A stretch of DNA of 64,000 bases from Methanoregula sp. (GTDB lineage: Archaea > Halobacteriota > Methanomicrobia > Methanomicrobiales > Methanospirillaceae). The stretch spans positions 32,001-96,000 of the forward strand of contig JBDKTL010000030.1 in assembly GCA_039698055.1 (NCBI GenBank). The letters are read 5' to 3'. Under the pieces are notes generated by a model, which worked only from the letters and a program-made list of their open reading frames with translations, made no database searches and was not told the origin of the DNA. Positions 58,244 to 64,000 of the stretch are shown here, one piece after another; position 1 is the stretch's first letter; each line of letters opens with the position of its first letter. The translations under genes and the position numbers were made by a program.

Positions 58244-59294
58244 AGACCAGCTCCTCTTTCAGATTCTCAACAGGGAAATCCGCAGTCTTGCACCGGGAGA
58301 TGATCCGTATGTTGGTGATCTCGTTGTACTTGGCCCAGAAGTACCCGATGACTGAGGCGACACTGAGCGGGTCGAGAAGAAATGCCCCCACACCTTTCCT
58401 GATGAGAAACCGTTCAAGCTCTTTCTCAATCGCCGAAATTTTTTGTGTCCGCATAACTGATTCGGGGATTTCGGCAAGAAAACGGTACCTTGTCTCGGCT
58501 TGGGCTTTTATCACGTCCTCGATCGTGGGAAGGGAAAGCAGCATTATAAGATTTTTCTCGTCGAGCTCCTTGCCTCCTGGAAGAATATACCTTTGGGCAT
58601 CCTCCGGGTCCACGTGGTCCCGGACCATCCGAAGCACCGTCCGTAGGTTCACGACATCGATCTCTATGGAGAGAAGGTCGCGGATCAGTGTGGTATTATA
58701 GCCGGAATCTTTGACAGCAGCAAGGGCATCGGCATAATAGAAGCGGTCGAGCGCACTTTCGAGGATTGCAAGGTCTTTGGTCTTTGTAAATTCGGGGAAT
58801 GCCTCCGTGAGGGGCTTCGCATAGCGGATCCTCCATGTCGCCAGCATGTCGATGACAGCCCTTACATCCGGCTGTCTGAGAAGCTCCCGGAAAGTTGCCT
58901 CGTCAAGTTCCCCGGCGGGCACAAGGCAATCTGCAATCTCCTCGGAGGTTGCATGGATATTCTTCCCGCGGAGGATCGTTTTGAGGTTCTGGATATCCCA
59001 GCGATGCAGGAATATCCGTATGTACTCCTCCGCTTCTGCCTCCTGTCGTGCAAAATTCTGGATCTTCCGGAAGGTCCGGATGAAATTCTGCCGGAGGGCA
59101 TATTCGATACAGAGGATTCCTGACAAATGGCCTTTTGCTTCGATGATATCGTCCCGGTACGGGCCATTCTCAAGGTCTGCGATGAGGGATTCGAGATCCG
59201 GTTTGAGGATCAGGTCATCAAGGGCCCGGTGGGAAAGAAGCCGGCTCTTCATTCCCCGCATCCGTGCGTTGATATACCCGTAATCCATGGTCAC
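58236..59294 (-). CDS. atpC: A/V-type ATP synthase subunit C
   Basis: YGYINARMRGMKSRLL, WDI.NLKTILRGK, EID..NL, E..NIRII. Confidence 0.93.
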   Translation of the reverse strand: MTMDYGYINARMRGMKSRLLSHRALDDLILKPDLESLIADLENGPYRDDIIEAKGHLSGILCIEYALRQNFIRTFRKIQNFARQEAEAEEYIRIFLHRWDIQNLKTILRGKNIHATSEEIADCLVPAGELDEATFRELLRQPDVRAVIDMLATWRIRYAKPLTEAFPEFTKTKDLAILESALDRFYYADALAAVKDSGYNTTLIRDLLSIEIDVVNLRTVLRMVRDHVDPEDAQRYILPGGKELDEKNLIMLLSLPTIEDVIKAQAETRYRFLAEIPESVMRTQKISAIEKELERFLIRKGVGAFLLDPLSVASVIGYFWAKYNEITNIRIISRCKTADFPVENLKEELVYV

Positions 59295-59875
59295 GCTCCG
59301 GCAAGGATTGCATGGATCTCTTTTCTTGAGCGTTCCCGGGCCCGCTGCAGCCGGGACTCGATGGTGTTCGAAATAACGACAGAATCACCGGGCAGGTTCA
59401 CCACTACGCCACCCGCGCTCGTGATGTCAGTCAGGATATCCGCGGAGATGCCGAGGGCGGCAAGGGACTTTTTGCAGAGATCCTCATCGCGCGGGTCCAC
59501 GTGAACACTGAACGCTTCGCCACCTAGGGTGCTGGTTGCCTCCACAAGGAGTTTTTCAAAGATGGCCGGGTATTTCGGGTCGAGCCGAATGTTTAAAAGC
59601 CGGGTCGCTGCTTCGTGGAAGGCTTTTTCAAATCCGGCCTCCCTGACCCTGATGAAAAGTTCCTTGTTCTCCACGTTGGTGAGATAAAGGAGTTTGTTTC
59701 GTTCAGTAGTGATGGATTTTTTTGCCTGGTCAATATGGGCCTGCCCGATCGCTTCAGCCTTCGTCCGTGCCCGCTTTTGGATCTCCTCTATAGTTGAGGC
59801 GGCCTTTTTCCGGAGTGCAAGCTCTTTCTCCTGCGCACTCTCCTCAACAGATCTCAAAAGATCTTCGTAGGCCAT
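59291..59875 (-). CDS. atpE: A/V-type ATP synthase subunit E
   Basis: Helical N-terminus, GGVVV...SNTIESRL C-terminus, operon position. Confidence 0.88.
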   Translation of the reverse strand: MAYEDLLRSVEESAQEKELALRKKAASTIEEIQKRARTKAEAIGQAHIDQAKKSITTERNKLLYLTNVENKELFIRVREAGFEKAFHEAATRLLNIRLDPKYPAIFEKLLVEATSTLGGEAFSVHVDPRDEDLCKKSLAALGISADILTDITSAGGVVVNLPGDSVVISNTIESRLQRARERSRKEIHAILAGA

Positions 59876-59945
59876 GCAATCACCAGAACTTACTTTCAGA
59901 TAACAGGATACTCCCAAGAGAGGGCAGGGAGTTTTTTTTATGGCC

Positions 59946-60170
59946 TTATTCTACCAGGAGGATGATCATCGCAGCGACAACGAAACCGAGAATGACAAGG
60001 GTCTCGGGAATCGCTTCCAGAATAATGATCGATCCCACCGTTTCAGGACGTTCGGCAATGGCCCCGGCTCCCGCTGCCCCAATCCGTGACTGGGCCCAGC
60101 CGGTTCCAATGGCACCGCCTGCAAAGGCAATGGCAGCTCCGACTGGGACCTCCCAACCTGCTACGCTCAT
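59946..60170 (-). CDS. atpK: A/V-type ATP synthase proteolipid subunit K (single hairpin)
   Basis: AQ..IGAAG.GAIAE.PE...AIPETL.I.G; GGAGGT RBS. Confidence 0.93.
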   Translation of the reverse strand: MSVAGWEVPVGAAIAFAGGAIGTGWAQSRIGAAGAGAIAERPETVGSIIILEAIPETLVILGFVVAAMIILLVE

Positions 60171-60246
60171 ATTTGGTACCTCCTAATGATACAACCTAAC
60201 GAAGGTTCCCGTATATTAATCTATGGAGACTTCAAGAAGCGCGCCG

Positions 60247-60594
60247 TTAATGGGGAGGATTGTTGCTGGAACATTGTAACAGGATTGCTTCTGATGATCT
60301 GAATGTCTCATCGGTGAGGTGGTGCCGGGTTTCGAGGTCCTTGCTGAGCGCCACCAGTTCCCGTATATCCTGTCCGGTAAGGGTCGAAAAACAGTACTGG
60401 TGCCAGCGTTCATACGTAGTGTTCATCCATATCTCGGCAAGACATAACTTCAACGCTGCCCGTTCTTCTGAGGAAAGTGTGTCCCACTCGGATCCTACGG
60501 CATGCCGTATCCTCTCCAGCGCATGCTCAACTGCCTTTTCCCGGTGAAGTAAAAAGCGCCGTCTCCCCAGGTTATCCTCGTTTGGTGGGGGCAT
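60247..60594 (-). CDS. Hypothetical helical protein, paralogue of 60761-61090
   Basis: GRR...HREK.VE.A..I...G..W.TL..EE...W....W...F.T. Confidence 0.7.
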   Translation of the reverse strand: MPPPNEDNLGRRRFLLHREKAVEHALERIRHAVGSEWDTLSSEERAALKLCLAEIWMNTTYERWHQYCFSTLTGQDIRELVALSKDLETRHHLTDETFRSSEAILLQCSSNNPPH

Positions 60595-60760
60595 ACAATT
60601 TTTTGAGAGTATACAGGTACCAGCTGATAAACTTACCTACCACAGAGTGAAATCTCATAGCCAGTCAAAAGTGTTGTTCCCGGTTTGCCGCAAAGTATAT
60701 AGGCGGGCAGGAGGATTGACTCATCATCCCCCGCATGGAATGCGGGAGGGGGAATTTTTA

Positions 60761-61090
60761 ATGCCGGATGTAACGCAGGCGGAAATGGGCCGGCGGTTGT
60801 ATCATGTCCACCGCGAAAAGCGGGTGGAATGGGCAATCAAGCTGATACATCAGGGCCTTGGCCCGGCATGGCAAACGCTTAAGGAAGAGGAGATCCTGCT
60901 CCTGGGACACCTGCTGCAGTGCACGTGGAACACCATTGACCAGAAGAAATGGGATGGGATACCCTTTGCCACGGTCAACATGGACATGGTGCGGAAGATC
61001 ATTTCATACGGGGAAGGGGTCAGCCCGGGCCACAACCCGGCGCCGGCAGTGGTCGCGGAGATCAAGAATCTCCTTCTGTCGCTCAAATGA
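60761..61090 (+). CDS. Hypothetical helical protein, paralogue of 60247-60594
   Basis: Same motif pattern; T-tract after the stop. Confidence 0.7.
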   Translation: MPDVTQAEMGRRLYHVHREKRVEWAIKLIHQGLGPAWQTLKEEEILLLGHLLQCTWNTIDQKKWDGIPFATVNMDMVRKIISYGEGVSPGHNPAPAVVAEIKNLLLSLK

Positions 61091-61171
61091 CCCCGCCCCT
61101 TTTTTTGTGCGGGAAATCTTCCGGTACAGGCCCAAGGGGAGACTTGTAGCCAAAGAGAGGAAGTGGAGGCC

Positions 61172-62335
61172 CTACTCCGTCGCCACATTTACGCAATCTT
61201 CGATCGTTCCAATCCGGGCCAATGCCCCGCACATATCCGGCACATAAGCAAGGGCTTTGCCGCTGTTTACCATAATTGCAGAGTACTTTTCCATCACCGG
61301 GGAAACAACCATGCAGGTATCGGCATAGACACGGGCACCCGTCCGTTCGATCGTTTCCACAAATCGCCGGTTCTGGTCTATGATACCCTGTGACGCAAAG
61401 ACATAGAACGGCTTTGTCACGGTTTTTCCCGTCAGCAGCCGGGCAATCTCACCGAGTTCGGCCACAGAGCAGTGCGGACACCCGACAGCCACAGCGTCAA
61501 CCGGGATATCTTTAAAGATTCCTGTAACATCTGCGGATTCAACAGGGATGGTTTCAAGGCCGGCGATAGTGTAGTGGTTGATCTTTGCTTCCGGCGTGAC
61601 GTTCTCCACATGGTACAGTGCCACGGCACCCGTTGCCGCCATCGCCGCACCGATTGCTTTTAACTGGTCGGGCGCCGGGGAAATTCCCTTAAGATACGGG
61701 ATCCGGTTACCTGCCAGTTTTCCCGTATAATATCCAAGTGCGCCATAATCGGCAATGCTCCAGCTCTTTGTGTCAGCATGAATGTCAACGACGACAGAGG
61801 GAAGCCGGTTTTTTGACAGGTGAAACCCGTAGCATGGCGTTTTCCCAATCAATGCCGCCGCAAGCGCGCTCGGCCCGCCTTCGCGGTTTGTCCGCGCCCC
61901 AATCACCGAGTTCGCATAACTGACGGCAGAGGATTCAGACCATGCGAGATGGTCGCCAAACCGGGTTTCGTACAGGTAATAGGGCGTGCAGGTACAGTCA
62001 AGCCTTATACCGAGCCGCCCGTATGCATCGATGACGGCATTCTGGTTCTCTGCAAAACCGGGGTCCACACCCATCTCCTGCCAGCGCCCGCGTGGCATAC
62101 CGATCGGGTTTAACACCGCTGGCACAACGGCCTTTGCATCAAGGCTCGCAAGCCATGCCAGACCGTATTTGCCGATGGTCTTATACGACGCCCCACTTAC
62201 CTGGGCACTTTTGATGGGAACCAGTCGCTCGGCACCAAAGACTTTGCCCAATGCAACGAGAAGCTCCAGCATCTTCTGCCGGGTCTCACCCTGTTCGCCG
62301 GCAAGGATCTGTTCGTCAAACGGATCGAGATGCAT
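61172..62335 (-). CDS. Aconitase X catalytic subunit (phosphomevalonate dehydratase large subunit)
   Basis: QVSGASYKTIG, CTCTPY, AWSESSAV.YANSVIGARTNREG, GCPHCS, DTCMVV. Confidence 0.92.
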   Translation of the reverse strand: MHLDPFDEQILAGEQGETRQKMLELLVALGKVFGAERLVPIKSAQVSGASYKTIGKYGLAWLASLDAKAVVPAVLNPIGMPRGRWQEMGVDPGFAENQNAVIDAYGRLGIRLDCTCTPYYLYETRFGDHLAWSESSAVSYANSVIGARTNREGGPSALAAALIGKTPCYGFHLSKNRLPSVVVDIHADTKSWSIADYGALGYYTGKLAGNRIPYLKGISPAPDQLKAIGAAMAATGAVALYHVENVTPEAKINHYTIAGLETIPVESADVTGIFKDIPVDAVAVGCPHCSVAELGEIARLLTGKTVTKPFYVFASQGIIDQNRRFVETIERTGARVYADTCMVVSPVMEKYSAIMVNSGKALAYVPDMCGALARIGTIEDCVNVATE

Positions 62336-62340
62336 CGCGT

Positions 62341-63576
62341 TCACCAGGTGGCACGCCGGAAATCGTCTTCGCGTCCGAGCACCATCGTGGCATCCACACC
62401 AACCTTCACGTTTGTGCCATCCGGTTTCTGGCAGGGGTCAAGTGACGAGCCCCGGACACCGGTGATAACGAGTATGTCCTCGTCACCGCTTACCCGGGTG
62501 GCAATCGCGTATTCCACTTCTTCGGAGTTCAGGGGATTAATGTCCTCATCGACAACAACCACATGCTTGAGCGAGGTATGGGCGGCAAATGCGGCAAGGA
62601 TTGCATTCTTCCCGTCGCCCTGCGTACTCTTTTTGATCTGGATAACCGCGTGAAGGTACCCGCACCCGCCTTTTGTCAGCACCACATTTTTTACTTCAGT
62701 AACACCGGCAACAGCCCGGTAGATCTTGGGTTCATAGGGAGCGCCCATCAGCATTTTATGCTCATCGCCGCCGGGCAGGATGCCATGATAGATGAATCCC
62801 GGTTTCGTGTATATACCGGTGAACTCGATCACCGGCTGGCGCCGTACCGGATCATACGTACCGGTGATATCCACAAACGGTCCTTCATCAGTCCGTTCAG
62901 CGCCGATATATCCTTCAAGAACGATCTCCGCATCGGGAACAAGCACTCCGTTGCTGCATTCCTTTACCCGGATTTCACCGCCCATGAGCTCTGCCGCATA
63001 GGCGAGTTCCTTTCCGGTGGGAACCCGGGTGCAACTCGCAAATGTCACTGCCGGGTGCGATCCAATTGTCACAGCAATCGGCAACCTCTCTCCTTGCGCG
63101 ATCGCTTTTTGCAGCATAACATGAGTATGGCGGCCCTCCACCAGACGGGCGGCAACGCGATGATCGTCAAGGACAAGCATCCGGTGGATTGAGGCGTTCT
63201 CCACCCCATCCCATTTCGAGAACACAATACCGGCCGTCAGGTACTTTCCCGCGTCTTTGGGGAAATGGTGCATGATGGGAAGACGGGACAGGTCGGGCTT
63301 TTCCATTACCAGCCGGCCATCAGGAATTACTTTCCCGTCAAACCGGGCATCAGCCAGTTTGTGCAGGAGCGTGTTCTCATCCATTCCCAGCGCAAGGGCA
63401 AGCGAATGCCGGTTTGCCGTGAGGTTCATCACCGCCCGGGCACCCCCGATCTGTGAAAAATACAGGACTTTGTCGGTACCTGCCGCCATCTTTGCAGCCT
63501 GCATATCCACAGAGCACGGCTCCTTCACATCTATGACGAGCCCTTCTTTGCGCATTTTCTCAATGAACTCACGCAT
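62341..63576 (-). CDS. UbiD-family decarboxylase (likely anhydromevalonate-phosphate decarboxylase)
   Basis: DAG.Y.T.G, NASIHR, EGPFVDITGTYD, VVVDEDI; adjacent to AcnX and UbiX. Confidence 0.9.
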   Translation of the reverse strand: MREFIEKMRKEGLVIDVKEPCSVDMQAAKMAAGTDKVLYFSQIGGARAVMNLTANRHSLALALGMDENTLLHKLADARFDGKVIPDGRLVMEKPDLSRLPIMHHFPKDAGKYLTAGIVFSKWDGVENASIHRMLVLDDHRVAARLVEGRHTHVMLQKAIAQGERLPIAVTIGSHPAVTFASCTRVPTGKELAYAAELMGGEIRVKECSNGVLVPDAEIVLEGYIGAERTDEGPFVDITGTYDPVRRQPVIEFTGIYTKPGFIYHGILPGGDEHKMLMGAPYEPKIYRAVAGVTEVKNVVLTKGGCGYLHAVIQIKKSTQGDGKNAILAAFAAHTSLKHVVVVDEDINPLNSEEVEYAIATRVSGDEDILVITGVRGSSLDPCQKPDGTNVKVGVDATMVLGREDDFRRATW

Positions 63577-64000
63577 CGTAACCACTCCATCGTCCGGCAA
63601 GCGTATGTTCCACATTCAGGTGATCGAGCACACGGGCAACCACCATATCGACCATATCATCCACCGTTTTTGGCCGGTGATAGAAACCGGGGCACGCGGG
63701 CATGATGGTTGCACCGGCTTCCTGTGCAGCGAGCATGTTTTTAAGGTGGATTTTTGAGAGCGGCATCTCGCGGGTCACAAGTATGCATTTCCGCTGTTCC
63801 TTCAGGCACACATCGGCAGTGCGGGTAATCAGGTTATCGGCATATCCTGACGCGATCGCGGCCAGCGTCTTTGAGCTGCAGGGAATGATCACCATACCAT
63901 CATGCCGGTGCGATCCGCTCGCTATCCCGGCGGCAATTTCATCGATGTCATGGTACGTCGCGGTAAAACCGGACAGGTTCACGCTTTCATGAGCGGCAAT
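63569..64000 (-). CDS. ubiX: UbiX flavin prenyltransferase, C-terminal part (5' end outside window)
   Basis: IASGS, PCS.KTLAAIA.G.ADNLITR.ADV.LKE, REMPL, PA.PGFYHRP. Confidence 0.92.
   Translation of the reverse strand: MAAHESVNLSGFTATYHDIDEIAAGIASGSHRHDGMVIIPCSSKTLAAIASGYADNLITRTADVCLKEQRKCILVTREMPLSKIHLKNMLAAQEAGATIMPACPGFYHRPKTVDDMVDMVVARVLDHLNVEHTLAGRWSGYDA

Noticed and set aside
61172-64000. AcnX-UbiD-UbiX cluster as a novel pathway
   Set aside because: Matches the established archaeal modified mevalonate pathway.

Overview
Archaeal chromosomal window. Gene content (polC/DP2 with a mini-intein, A/V-type ATP synthase, archaeal mevalonate-pathway genes, Thi4, deoxyhypusine synthase) points to a Methanomicrobiales methanogen, probably Methanoregula-like (inference). 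The right third (45-64 kb) is mostly housekeeping. About 26.4-45.0 kb looks like an element integrated at tRNA-Leu(CAA). It carries a tyrosine integrase, a primase-helicase, three tandem nuclease-fold paralogues with degenerate catalytic sites, a phage-type adenine methyltransferase, an AT-rich defence-like cargo (DUF4238, OLD-type ATPase/TOPRIM, DUF4062, two HEPN proteins) and a compact four-gene module of unknown function. I found no recognisable capsid or conjugation genes. The most unusual signal lies at 2.7-26.4 kb: a roughly 670-bp non-coding, hairpin-rich element (reference copy 8696-9362) recurs as diverged fragments in both orientations. Its stems show compensatory changes and GNA-type loops. 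The fragments bracket an ardC operon as long inverted repeats and sit at the edges of cargo genes: three tandem TatD-associated radical SAM paralogues, an AT-rich membrane gene inserted with a 12-bp duplication, and thi4-thiN. All alignments and family calls were made by eye from motifs; no searches were run.
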